64,000 bases of DNA from Bdellovibrionales bacterium (GTDB lineage: Bacteria > Bdellovibrionota > Bdellovibrionia > Bdellovibrionales > JAMPXM01): contig JADJOF010000013.1 in the NCBI GenBank assembly GCA_016713885.1, positions 2,223-66,222 of the forward strand, in the 5' to 3' direction. Numbering within the stretch: the stretch's first letter is position 1; each line of letters begins with the position of its first letter. Of this stretch, positions 30,026 through 39,477 are shown piece after piece. The notes under the pieces were generated by a model, which saw only the letters and a list, made by a program, of their open reading frames with translations, was not told where the DNA came from and searched no databases. The translations under genes and the position numbers were made by a program.

Positions 30026-30829
30026 ATGAAGTTTGATCCTAAGACATATCGTCAGTTTAGACCAAGATATCCTATTGCTTTGACTGAGCTTTGGGAGAAC
30101 TGGCTGCGGCTTTCTGCTGGCGCGGCACCGGGTTTTCGGGCGGCTGACATTGGCGCAGGTACGGGATTTTCGACGCAAGTCATCGCATCGCTCGCTCGGC
30201 AAATCACAGTTGTCGAGCCCGACCGTGAGATGTTGGATCAAGCGCGCACGGTGTTGGAGCCTTCGGATGGGAACTTTGATTTTGTTTGTGCTGCCGGTGG
30301 GCAGGCGGGGCTTGAGGTCGGCGCATTCGACTTTGTGCAGTTGGCTTCGAGTTTTCATTGGATGGATCAGGCCCGTGTTGTGAGCGAAGTGGTGCGGGCA
30401 TTGAAGCGACCGGGACTGGTTGGCCTTTGCGAATACGCCTTTCCGCAAAGTGCAGAGTTTCCGGAGCTGCAGGCCTGGATCACAGAGAAGTTTTTGGGCG
30501 AATGGCAAATTCCCGAACTGAAAAGTCGGCCGCCGTTTGTCGAATTGGCCGAGGCGTTTGGAGAACGAGGTCGCCTCGAGGGTTGGCACTCCGCCCATCC
30601 TGAGCGCTTGGGCCCTGTTCAGGTTCCGATGTGGTACGAGCTCGGTTGGACCGAGGTGGTCGGCTTGGTTTTCTCGCAGTCGCGGTTCTTGCGTCGCCTC
30701 GACACGATGACGCTGGCCGAAGGTGATCGGTTTCGCGATGAGGTGAGGACCAGTATTTACCATCTCATGGGCGAAAGGCGGGCGTCTTTTGATTTTCACC
30801 TCCAAGCTATTGGATACTGGTATCGATGA
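30026..30829 (+). CDS. class I SAM-dependent methyltransferase
   Basis: Motif I AADIGAGTGFST. The ORF is open from 29966. Confidence 0.8.
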   Translation: MKFDPKTYRQFRPRYPIALTELWENWLRLSAGAAPGFRAADIGAGTGFSTQVIASLARQITVVEPDREMLDQARTVLEPSDGNFDFVCAAGGQAGLEVGAFDFVQLASSFHWMDQARVVSEVVRALKRPGLVGLCEYAFPQSAEFPELQAWITEKFLGEWQIPELKSRPPFVELAEAFGERGRLEGWHSAHPERLGPVQVPMWYELGWTEVVGLVFSQSRFLRRLDTMTLAEGDRFRDEVRTSIYHLMGERRASFDFHLQAIGYWYR

Positions 30830-31668
30830 TGATGTTGCTGAAGGTGTTTAGAAAATTGAAACGTCAGCTCTCGCGAGGACTGCAGCCACTTTTGGCGGCT
30901 GCTCGTCGAGTCAAAGAGGCGGATCTTCCTCTTCTTGTCGGCTCACTTTCATTTTCGACAGTTTTGTCCATCGTGCCGCTGCTTGCGGTAAGCCTCTCGG
31001 TCTTTCATTTTTTTGGCGGTCTTGATTTTCTTCTGAAGCAAATTGAGCCCTTTATTGTCAGAAATTTAGTTGAGAGCTCTGGCGCAGAAGTGAGTCGCTA
31101 TTTGTCGCGAGCAATTCGCCGTGTTCACTCTGGAACAATTGGTTTCGGAGGTGCAATTGGCTTACTCGCGACCTCGACAAAGCTATTTCACGATATGGAA
31201 ACGGCGATTCAGAGAGTTTGGTTGGTGACTGCAAAGCGCGCGCTGTGGAAACGGCTTGGCGTCTATTGGGCGGTGATGTTCGTGGGCCCACTTGTGGTGG
31301 CCGGTATTCTTGGTGCTATTGGCAGTAAAGGTTTGGGCACTGTTATGGAGCTGCCGAAAGATTTGATTGCGGGCAGTTTTGCGTTTTGCAGTTTGTTTGC
31401 GATTTACAAATGGGTTCCCGCGCGACGGGTAGAATTTGGTCCGGCCTTTGCGGCGTCATTGATGGCCGCCGTCGGCTTGGCTCTGGCGCAGGAGTTTTAC
31501 GCGGGCGTCATGCGTGGGCTTTTTCGGTTTTCAAAGCTCTACGGGTCGCTCGCTGGTCTTCCGCTCTTTTTGATTTGGATTCTCATCCTGTGGTGGATCA
31601 TTCTTCTGGGGGCCACTCTGGCCGCTGTGCTCCAGGAGAAGCGCGATATCGCCGCTGCACGGCTTTGA
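30826..31668 (+). CDS. YihY/BrkB family membrane protein
   Basis: LVGSLSFSTVLSIVPLLAVSLSVF and a polytopic profile. Overlaps the upstream gene by ATGA. Confidence 0.8.
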   Translation: MMMLLKVFRKLKRQLSRGLQPLLAAARRVKEADLPLLVGSLSFSTVLSIVPLLAVSLSVFHFFGGLDFLLKQIEPFIVRNLVESSGAEVSRYLSRAIRRVHSGTIGFGGAIGLLATSTKLFHDMETAIQRVWLVTAKRALWKRLGVYWAVMFVGPLVVAGILGAIGSKGLGTVMELPKDLIAGSFAFCSLFAIYKWVPARRVEFGPAFAASLMAAVGLALAQEFYAGVMRGLFRFSKLYGSLAGLPLFLIWILILWWIILLGATLAAVLQEKRDIAAARL

Positions 31669-31699
31669 CATTGCCGGCGAGTTCGCCTCAAATGCTGGC

Positions 31700-33259
31700 A
31701 TGTTTGATCGTCCTCTGAGCCCACTCGAGCGCCTCATTCCTGTCTTTTTAGTGGCGGTATTCGTCATGCGTCTGGTGCTGGGCGGCATGGTTGGTCTTGG
31801 TGACGACGAGGCTTACTATTGGGATTGGACGCGACATCTCCAGCTCTCCTATTTTGATCATCCCGGACTGATTGCCTGGATGATCAAAGCCTCGGTCTCG
31901 ATTTTTGGCGACAATGCATTTGCCGTTCGTTTGCCGGCGATCATCTGCAACTCACTTGCGACGCTCTTTCTGTTTTTGCTGGCACTTGAAATGTTCAATA
32001 TGCGAACGGCTTTGTATGCGGCATTGCTGCACACGTTGGTCCCGATCTACGCGCTCGGTGGAATGATGGCGGTTCCCGATGCGCCCATGGGTTTGGCCTG
32101 GTCGTTCTTGGCTTGGATTGGCTGGCGTGTTGCGATTCGCGCCTCGACCGGAACTTTTTTTGGCGCTGAGGATCGAGTCACTCTGAGCACCTGGTTCATG
32201 ATTGGCTTGATGTTGGGCTTGGGTTTTCTCTCGAAGTACACCACTGTTATGGTGGGAGCCTCTCTCGTCTTGTTTTATTTCTTTGATTCTCGTCTGCGTC
32301 GGCTGCTGGCCTCTCCTGGATTTGGCTTTGCGCTGTTTATTGCTGCTATCGCGATGTTTCCCGTCTTTATTTGGAACGCAAAAAACGGATGGCCAAGTTT
32401 TGCTTATCACCTGTCAGAGCGGCAGGGCGGCGGCGGTGGCGCCAACTTTGTTCGCTGGGCTCAGTTCTGGGTTTCTCAAGCCGGATTTTTTACGCCGGTT
32501 GTTTTTCTTCTCAATATGTTTGCGATGCTGATCGCACTTTTTCGTTCAAACGAAATTCAATGGCGCTATTTGTTCTGGCTTTCGTTTCCGACGATCGCAC
32601 TTTTCACAGCCCAAGCCTTGTTTGCTGAGTTTAAGCCGCATTGGACAGCACCGGGTCATTTCGCACTCTTGATCGCTTCGGCGAAGCTCTTTGAAGAGGG
32701 CTTTGGTGGGCGTGAAGAGTTTCAAAAGACGTTCCGTCGGCGAATTGTAGGATGGTCGACCGCTGTTTTTCTGATTCCACTGTTTGTGCTGTTTCATGTC
32801 GCTGTTCTTTCGCGGGTGATTCCCGCTGTTGCGCAAGCCGTGATGCCGGCGGCCAATTGGGACCCAAAGTTCGATCCGACGAACGATCTTTACGGTTGGG
32901 ATGAACTTGCTAAACATCTCAATGCTATTCGCGATGATCGCGAGAAAAACGGAACTCCACGTCCATACTTGGCGAGCAGTCGCTATCAGCTTGTTTCGCA
33001 ACTCGCCTTCGCGACGAAGGAGAAGGTTTACCGGCTTTCTCCAGGAACCGATCACTACACGTTTCTGCAAACGCCCGAGGTCATGGGAGCGCTGAAAGAT
33101 AAGCCTATGATTTTCGTCAGCGACAATCGCTATGAACGTGATCCGCGGGGCGATATTGCCCTCTATGGCGTGTTCTCGATGTGCGCTGAGCTTGAGCCGT
33201 TCGTATTTTCGCGAAACGGCGTGTACGCGCGGACATTTCGTATTTACGACTGTCGCTAG
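31700..33259 (+). CDS. ArnT/PMT-like glycosyltransferase (GT39/GT83-type, polyprenyl-phosphate-sugar dependent)
   Basis: GDDEAYYWDWTRHLQLSYFDHPGLIAW in the first loop, then a polytopic N-terminal half and a soluble C-terminal domain. Confidence 0.8.
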   Translation: MFDRPLSPLERLIPVFLVAVFVMRLVLGGMVGLGDDEAYYWDWTRHLQLSYFDHPGLIAWMIKASVSIFGDNAFAVRLPAIICNSLATLFLFLLALEMFNMRTALYAALLHTLVPIYALGGMMAVPDAPMGLAWSFLAWIGWRVAIRASTGTFFGAEDRVTLSTWFMIGLMLGLGFLSKYTTVMVGASLVLFYFFDSRLRRLLASPGFGFALFIAAIAMFPVFIWNAKNGWPSFAYHLSERQGGGGGANFVRWAQFWVSQAGFFTPVVFLLNMFAMLIALFRSNEIQWRYLFWLSFPTIALFTAQALFAEFKPHWTAPGHFALLIASAKLFEEGFGGREEFQKTFRRRIVGWSTAVFLIPLFVLFHVAVLSRVIPAVAQAVMPAANWDPKFDPTNDLYGWDELAKHLNAIRDDREKNGTPRPYLASSRYQLVSQLAFATKEKVYRLSPGTDHYTFLQTPEVMGALKDKPMIFVSDNRYERDPRGDIALYGVFSMCAELEPFVFSRNGVYARTFRIYDCR

Positions 33260-33347
33260 GCGCTGCGCCAGGCGTCAGCATCTCTGTTGTCAGGCCGATG
33301 GCTGAGTGCTTGAATGTAGAGCATTAACACTTTCAGCGGAGAACTCT

Positions 33348-34670
33348 ATGAACGCAAAAATACTTAAAGGCCTGATCGCACTGGCCGCAGTTTCAAGTTC
33401 GACCTCGGCATTCGCTTCCGGCTTTGAAAAGTCGATTGTCTGGGGCGGTCGCTCGGCCGGTCTTGCCGGTATCGCAACACCCTGGGTGCAAGGAGCTGAA
33501 GCGCTCTATTTCAATCCGGCCGGTCTTGTTGGCGATAAAGAAGGACGCTCGCTTGCGTTTGATATTTCGCCGACATCGTCGCAGTTCAAAGGGCCTATCA
33601 ATAACAATAACGACGAGTCGGTTTCAGAGCGCAAGCTCTCGACTCCGCTGGCGCTGATGTACGGTGCGACCGTTAACGATAAACTTGGCTACGGTATCGG
33701 AGCCTTTGTTTCGGGTGGTGCGCAGGCCTACTTCAACGATGTCGATTTCTCGGCGGCAACGAGATTCAAGCCAGAAGTGAAGACCGACCTGATGATCTCA
33801 GAAATTTCGGCCGGTGTTGGCTACAAAGTTTCAGATGATTTCAAGCTGGGTCTCGCGTGGCGCTTCGTGATGGCACAGGCCGACTTCTCCTTCGTTAAAC
33901 GCATCGGAGGAACTCCAGGAAGTCCTGCCTTGGACTCTTTTGTTAATGCGAAACTGACGGGTCTTAAAGACACCGAGGCCATGGCTTTCCGCCTGGGTGG
34001 TCAATACAAGCTCGATGAAAAGACTGAGCTTGGTTTTGGATTCCGCAGCGAAGTGAATCTCGAAGCGACCGGAAAAGTGAATGCACAACTTGTTTCTCCA
34101 AATTCAACGGCAGGTGCTGCGAATCCATCATATGCTGATGCCGATGCGACAGCGCGAACGACATTTCCGATGGCGGTCACGTTGGGCATGAGTCACAAGC
34201 TCAACGACGAATGGAATCTGTTCGGTGAGTATGCGTGGACTCAGTATTCCCGCATTGGAGAAATTCCCATTGAAGCCCCAACCTCGACGTTTCCAGGTCT
34301 TCGGAGCACGTCGCTGCAGACGGATTGGCGCGATCAGCACAACATTCGTCTTGCCGGCGAGTATGTGGCGACAGCATGGCCAGTTCGTTTTGGCTACGGC
34401 TACACATCGACTGTCACCAATCCAGACTATGCTCGCGCGAGCTTCACTCCTCCAGGACCGGCGCACACGTTGACGGTTGGAACGGGCAACGCCGTGAAGG
34501 TTGGCGAGAGTGATCTGAATTACAATCTTGGACTTGAGTACACGACGACTTCCGGTGATGTCGGAGGAAAGGCCAGCGCGGGCAGCAGCGCATATGGCAG
34601 CGATACACGAAATGGATCTTACTCGGCATCGGCGTATGTTCTGCATATGGGTGTTGCGTACTTGTTCTAA
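33348..34670 (+). CDS. FadL/OmpP1/TodX-family outer-membrane transport protein
   Basis: Signal peptide, then FEKSIVWGGRSAGLAGIATPWVQGAEALYFNPAGL. C-terminal aromatic residue (..GVAYLF). GGAG SD before ATG 33348. Confidence 0.85.
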   Translation: MNAKILKGLIALAAVSSSTSAFASGFEKSIVWGGRSAGLAGIATPWVQGAEALYFNPAGLVGDKEGRSLAFDISPTSSQFKGPINNNNDESVSERKLSTPLALMYGATVNDKLGYGIGAFVSGGAQAYFNDVDFSAATRFKPEVKTDLMISEISAGVGYKVSDDFKLGLAWRFVMAQADFSFVKRIGGTPGSPALDSFVNAKLTGLKDTEAMAFRLGGQYKLDEKTELGFGFRSEVNLEATGKVNAQLVSPNSTAGAANPSYADADATARTTFPMAVTLGMSHKLNDEWNLFGEYAWTQYSRIGEIPIEAPTSTFPGLRSTSLQTDWRDQHNIRLAGEYVATAWPVRFGYGYTSTVTNPDYARASFTPPGPAHTLTVGTGNAVKVGESDLNYNLGLEYTTTSGDVGGKASAGSSAYGSDTRNGSYSASAYVLHMGVAYLF

Positions 34671-34697
34671 GCGCGGCCGTTCATTTTGGATTAAATG

Positions 34698-34725
34698 CAA
34701 AGCCACTGCGTGAGCGGTGGCTTTG
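34698..34725 (+). terminator. hairpin after the FadL-like gene
   Basis: CAAAGCCAC..GTGGCTTTG stem extends to about 12 bp around a GTGA loop, 28 nt after the stop. No long T tract. Confidence 0.4.
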
Positions 34726-34766
34726 TCGCTTGTGCGCGGAGCTGAACTTCATCATGCTGAAACCTG

Positions 34767-35222
34767 ATGACGCGAAGAAGAGTTTTGCTTTCTGGTTTGT
34801 GGCTCGGGCTATTGGTGTCGTGTGTGGAACAGGCCGGCTCGGGTAACTATGTGCCAGTGCCATCGGTTCGAGTGGAGTGTACGACTTCTCGTTGCAGGGG
34901 CACCGGCGGATCGATCAACGCCTTTGCCGTTTTCACAATCAGCGGCTGCACGAATCCCAGTTTTGGTGAGGTCGCATCCGGTTCATCGACTGTGAGTTGT
35001 AACGGCAGCGGATGCACCGGCACTGTAACCACATTTGTCGATAGCGGTAGCCAGTCAGTGACCTCTATTCCCGATGGGTTGTATTCGGTCTGCGTGACGA
35101 TTGATCTCGATCGGAACTACAGCGGTACGCAACAGGCGGGAGACTCCGCCGGCGATCTCTCAACTCATCTTCGCGTCAACGCTGCGACGACGGTGACGGT
35201 GTCGGCCTTTACCGACCTCTAA
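34767..35222 (+). CDS. lipoprotein, hypothetical
   Basis: MTRRRVLLSGLWLGLLVSC lipobox. The mature part is Cys/Gly/Thr-rich. Confidence 0.55.
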   Translation: MTRRRVLLSGLWLGLLVSCVEQAGSGNYVPVPSVRVECTTSRCRGTGGSINAFAVFTISGCTNPSFGEVASGSSTVSCNGSGCTGTVTTFVDSGSQSVTSIPDGLYSVCVTIDLDRNYSGTQQAGDSAGDLSTHLRVNAATTVTVSAFTDL

Positions 35223-35317
35223 TGCGTGTTTGAGGGAGTGAAGAGTTGGGTTAAAATCTCCCGGGCCGTCCCTAAAAACTCTTCACAACGCGCTGCAAAC
35301 CAATCGAATCTTGACCG

Positions 35318-36346
35318 GTGTTCCCGGTGCAGGCAGCTACCATAGAGGGGGCAAGAATCGTGGCAAAAGGTCGAATTCGCAGTGCAATTAAGAAAAGCCT
35401 AAAGAAGCCAATCAAGAAGCCGATTCGGGGAGCTCGCCGCTTGAAAACAGTGACGAAGTCAGTGACCAAGTCCGCCGCAGCCCGTGTGATGGGCCGCTTC
35501 GGAACCGTGAAGCAAGCCTTTGAGAACATCGATGCGGAGCTCAAGCTGCATCACTACAAAGTTCGCGAGTTTGAGCCGAAAATTCGCCTCGGGTTCACCA
35601 AAGGGCATTTCACCGTAAAGACGGTCGATGCTCCAGAAGAGCTCGAAGCCGCGCTCCGTCTGCGCTTTATGATCTTTCACAAAGAGTACATGCAGAAGCG
35701 TCGTTCGAGTGGAGTCGACGTCGATAAGCTCGACTTTGTCTGCGATCATTTGATTATTCGCGATGATCGATCAGGCGAGATTGTCGGCACTTACCGGCTG
35801 AACTCCAGCACCTATTCCGACACGTTCTATTCGAGCGGTGAGTTTGAGATCGATGAGCTTTTGGCTCAGCCTGGAAACAAGCTTGAACTCGGCCGTGCGT
35901 GTATCTCAAAGGACTACCGCACCGGTGTGGTGATCGCGCTGCTGTGGCGCGGGATCTCGGAGTACATGCTGCAAACGAAGACAGACATCATGTTTGGCTG
36001 TGCGAGCGTGAAGACGATCGAACCTCTTGAGATCGGTCTCGTGACGTATCACCTGATGCAAAAGAACGTCGTGTGCTTCGACTACGGCGTAACGCCTACG
36101 CGAAAGTACAAAGTGAAATCGCTGAAGAAGGTTCTCGATTATATCGAGAAGAACCCCTACGAGTACAACGAAGAGACCGTTGCCAAGATGGTGCCGTCGC
36201 TGTTCCAGTCGTACATCAAGATGGGCATCAAGGTTTACGGTGAACCCGCGCTTGATCGTGATTTTCACTGCATTGATTTCCTAGTGGTGATGAAAACCGC
36301 CGAGATGTTGGGCTCGTACAAGCGTCGCTACGCGGGTGATCAATGA
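35318..36346 (+). CDS. olsB: GNAT-type N-acyltransferase, OlsB-like (ornithine lipid synthesis / hemolysin-like family)
   Basis: YRLNSSTYSDTFYSSGEFEI..LELGRACISKDYRTGVVIALLWRGI. Basic repeat-containing N-terminal extension. Alternative start GTG 35360 has a G-rich SD. Confidence 0.7.
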   Translation: MFPVQAATIEGARIVAKGRIRSAIKKSLKKPIKKPIRGARRLKTVTKSVTKSAAARVMGRFGTVKQAFENIDAELKLHHYKVREFEPKIRLGFTKGHFTVKTVDAPEELEAALRLRFMIFHKEYMQKRRSSGVDVDKLDFVCDHLIIRDDRSGEIVGTYRLNSSTYSDTFYSSGEFEIDELLAQPGNKLELGRACISKDYRTGVVIALLWRGISEYMLQTKTDIMFGCASVKTIEPLEIGLVTYHLMQKNVVCFDYGVTPTRKYKVKSLKKVLDYIEKNPYEYNEETVAKMVPSLFQSYIKMGIKVYGEPALDRDFHCIDFLVVMKTAEMLGSYKRRYAGDQ

Positions 36347-37173
36347 TCCTTCAAGGTGCGCGAATGGCCTCGCTGATCAGTGCCTACTTGGCGCAGGCGT
36401 CGAGTGGCAAAGTCCTGCTTCGCGATGAGCAGGACCGTCTTCGTTTTTTCATCGAGAATGTTTCGCGTTGGTGTCAGCGCGGCATGAGCACGCTTCACTT
36501 CTCAATCGAAACCCGCGGACTCGATCGCCTTGATTTGAAGAACAAGAACTATCTCTTTATCGGCAATCACATGAGCTACATCGACGTTCTGGTGTTCAGC
36601 TCAAAGCTTCCGAGCGTCTTCGTCACCAGTGTTGATATGGGCGAGGTGTTCTTTTTGGGAACGATGGCCGAGCTTGGCGGCAGTATTTTTGTCGAGCGCC
36701 GCAATCGCAATCAGGTCGATCGCGACCTGTCAAAGATGACCGATACTCTCAAGCAGGGATTCAACATCGTTATCTTTCCAGAGGGCACTTCAACCAATGG
36801 CGGTCAAATTCTGCCATTTAAAAAGTCGCTCTTGATGAGTGCCGTCGAGTCCGAGCGCCATGTGGTGCCGGTTGCAATCAAGTACATGACGGTCGACGGC
36901 GAGCCATTTGGCGCCAAGAACGCCGATAAAATCGCATGGTATGGCGACATGACGTTTGCGGATCACTTCATGGGACTTTTGAAACTCAAAGAAGTGAAGG
37001 TCGTAGTCGACTTTTTGGAGCCGATTCCGGTGACCAAAGACACTCACCGCACTGAGATCGCCGAGAAGTCATGGGCCGCTATTCAGGCGTCCTACTTTGC
37101 CGATCGTCCCGCGGACTTTATCGCCAGTGGCTTTGGTAAAAAACGCGAAAAGATGACCGACGCGATCACTTAA
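36343..37173 (+). CDS. olsA: lysophospholipid (PlsC-type) acyltransferase, OlsA-like
   Basis: HxxxxD (GNHMSYIDV) and FPEGTSTNG motifs. Overlaps the OlsB-like gene by ATGA. Confidence 0.7.
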   Translation: MILQGARMASLISAYLAQASSGKVLLRDEQDRLRFFIENVSRWCQRGMSTLHFSIETRGLDRLDLKNKNYLFIGNHMSYIDVLVFSSKLPSVFVTSVDMGEVFFLGTMAELGGSIFVERRNRNQVDRDLSKMTDTLKQGFNIVIFPEGTSTNGGQILPFKKSLLMSAVESERHVVPVAIKYMTVDGEPFGAKNADKIAWYGDMTFADHFMGLLKLKEVKVVVDFLEPIPVTKDTHRTEIAEKSWAAIQASYFADRPADFIASGFGKKREKMTDAIT

Positions 37174-37208
37174 GATTCAGCGATTCTGTCCGCACAGCGG
37201 ATTTCGCC

Positions 37209-37236
37209 TTGCAGCTTCCGGCGCCGGAAGCTGCAA
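37209..37236. terminator. perfect 28-bp palindrome between convergent genes
   Basis: TTGCAGCTTCCGGC/GCCGGAAGCTGCAA, between the olsA-like stop (37173) and the OMP stop (37258). Confidence 0.55.
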
Positions 37237-37257
37237 CATGTCGATTGGACGCGAGTC

Positions 37258-37869
37258 TTAAAATCCAAAGCCGACAGTGGCGCGGTAGTAGACGCCACTC
37301 ATATCAACATTGATGGCTGAGCCACTCGCGCCGACAACGGCCGTGCCCGACGGGTCTTTGATTTCGGCCATCGGGGCGTACATATAACCGACTTCGCCGC
37401 CGATGCGGAGAATGATGAGCTTAGCGCCCGCTTCAAAACCAACAGTGCCGGTGATGGGGTTAGCGGCTTTATAGGTCACGTCAGTGCCGTTGTCGGTTGT
37501 GTAGTTGAAGTCGTTTGTCACGCTGATGGTGGCGATTGGGCCGACGTAAAAGCCGGTGTCGATCCAGCGTTTGTTCATGAGGACAGAAGTGCGAACCCAA
37601 TCAATTTTGCTGGAATTCGCACCCGAGGTAACGGTCTTTTTGATCGTTTCGTAGCGAACACCAAGACCGAAGGGGATTCCCGGAACCGACGTGGTGACGT
37701 CGGCGCTGATCGACTCCATCGTCTCGATTTTAGGGTAGGCCACGAAGGCGTCGTTCAGTTCGGTTGGAGTGACGTTGTGAAGTGAGTAACCGCCCTTCAG
37801 TTCGATGAGGGCATGTGCCGGAGCGACAAAGGAAAGTGTGAGTAGCAGGGCCAGAGCTGAAAACTTCAT
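37258..37869 (-). CDS. outer-membrane beta-barrel protein (OmpW/porin-like)
   Basis: Signal peptide MKFSALALLLTLSFVAPAHA, alternating beta-strand pattern, C-terminal ..TVGFGF. Confidence 0.7.
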   Translation of the reverse strand: MKFSALALLLTLSFVAPAHALIELKGGYSLHNVTPTELNDAFVAYPKIETMESISADVTTSVPGIPFGLGVRYETIKKTVTSGANSSKIDWVRTSVLMNKRWIDTGFYVGPIATISVTNDFNYTTDNGTDVTYKAANPITGTVGFEAGAKLIILRIGGEVGYMYAPMAEIKDPSGTAVVGASGSAINVDMSGVYYRATVGFGF

Positions 37870-37884
37870 TGTTGAGAACCTCGG

Positions 37885-38235
37885 TTAGCGACAGTTGTTG
37901 TAGCAGGTCGAAGAGGGATACGTTTCTTCGCACATTTCAACGCAGGTATCGAATGCATCCATCACACAGCGGGGTGCGCGCTGTTTGAAGGCGGGCCACT
38001 CGTTATTGAAGCAGGTCGAAGCGGGATAACTTTTTTTGCAGGTATTGAAGCGAGCGATCAGCATGTTGATGTCGCGCTGGCAGTCGAGCGTGGATGAGGT
38101 TCCGCAGACGACTGTGGTTTGCACATTTGGAATCAGCGTGACCGTGTCGCCCGGATTGAGATTCAAGGTGGCGGCTGAAGCTGAACTCAGCGAAGCAAGA
38201 GTGACGAGGGTTGAGAACAAGAGTGTGCGAAACAT
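37885..38235 (-). CDS. small secreted Cys-rich protein with an internal repeat
   Basis: GGAGG SD 6 nt before ATG 38235. Signal peptide MFRTLLFSTLVTLASLSSASA. Nine Cys. Repeat CKKSYPASTCFNN / CEETYPSSTCYNNC. Confidence 0.6.
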   Translation of the reverse strand: MFRTLLFSTLVTLASLSSASAATLNLNPGDTVTLIPNVQTTVVCGTSSTLDCQRDINMLIARFNTCKKSYPASTCFNNEWPAFKQRAPRCVMDAFDTCVEMCEETYPSSTCYNNCR

Positions 38236-38319
38236 CGGGATCCTCCACTCGTCTTGAATGAAGACGAGAATGTCAGACGTTATTCCAAGCATCTCGAACC
38301 GCCTCGAGGCTGATTCGAT

Positions 38320-39287
38320 TCATGCAATCATACTGAGCACATTGGCTTCCAAGGCAGCCTTTTTTCCAGGACACTCCACGTCAGGTACCAAAACCTGAAC
38401 ATTTTCTCCCTGTGGGCCCCAGCGTTTTGGATGTTGAACTTTGACCGGACTGTAGAGCCCGATCACCGGCCTGCCGAGGGCGGCGGCCAGGTGCGCAACT
38501 CCGGTTGACGGGGCGAGAACGCGCGTCGCGCCTTCAAGAACTTGGAGAAGAGTGGGACCGGTGAGTTTCTCGTTGAGCCACATCACGTTGGCTGTGCCGT
38601 TTAGCGCCTGCTGAATCGGCTCAAGAATTTCCTTATCCCCAGTCGTTCCGGTCACGACAACGGGCTGCTTTTTGGCGGCCTCTTGAATCCATGAGATGTA
38701 ATGCGATGTTGGCCAGTTGCGGGCAGAGCCGCCCATTCCTGGGTGAACGACCGCATATTCGCGATGTTTGAGATCGAAACTTTTTAAAGTGTCGGCCTGC
38801 CATGCCGGATCGATTTCAAGTTCGAGTGGGGTCCGATCGAGCGCGTTTTCTCCTAGAGAAAGGCCGACTTCGAGCAATCTCATATTGTATTCAAACTCGT
38901 TCATTTCAGAGAGGCTTCGCTTCTGGCGTACCGCTTTGTTGAAAAACAAAAACGTGTGCCATTGCGAGCGCACGGCAATGCGGTTGGGGATTCGCGCTAG
39001 GCCCATCATGGCCGACACCCACCACGGCGCGTGAAAGACGACGACTGTTTGGTATGATCGTTTTTTAACTTCCGCAAGCAAGCGACGGAAGTCGCTGAAC
39101 TTGATTTTCATAGCGATTTCACGCACACGACGGCGCGGTTTAGCGTGATCTGCGATGAAGGCCAAACCGGGTGTGATCCACCAATCCACCTTGTTTTCGA
39201 AGGCAGAGTCAGTCGGGAGAGTGAGGGCGAGGTCGCCAATGCGGTCCATTCGCACAAAAGGATAGGGCCTTCAGAATTCGCAGTCAT
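38320..39287 (-). pseudogene. glycosyltransferase family 9 (heptosyltransferase-like), one frameshift near the 5' end
   Basis: VRMDRIGDLALTLP and PSTGVAHLAAALGRPVIGLYSP motifs. MTANSEGPILL (ATG 39287) is in another frame, and the switch fits the A4/T4 run at 39256-39259. Confidence 0.75.
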
Positions 39288-39477
39288 AACGCGACGATAG
39301 CCGCACCAAGGTCCGGCCGCAAGGAAGACTGGACTGGAAAGCTTTCGCAAAGCCTGAAACACTGACCGTATGCGTTATTCACCGTGTGGATGAAAGGGGA
39401 GCGACGCATTTACAACGGAACGGGTCAAAGCTAGGCTGCCGCTACTTTTCGATTAGGATTTTTGACAAGAGGGGCGC

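Noticed and set aside
29945-30805. The upstream 287 codons of the 389-aa minus-strand ORF 29636..30805.
   Set aside because: It is antisense to the SAM-methyltransferase gene and has an Arg/Pro/His-rich shadow-frame composition. Only the last 102 codons (the DUF4156-like lipoprotein with its own SD and GTG) look real.
39308-39329. AAGGTCCGGCCGCAAGGAAGAC resembles the conserved AGGUCCGGAAGGAAG core of SRP (4.5S) RNA.
   Set aside because: The tetraloop region is expanded. The flanks do not fold into the long helix-8/helix-5 hairpin. The opposite strand here is plausibly the 5' end or leader of the GT9 gene.
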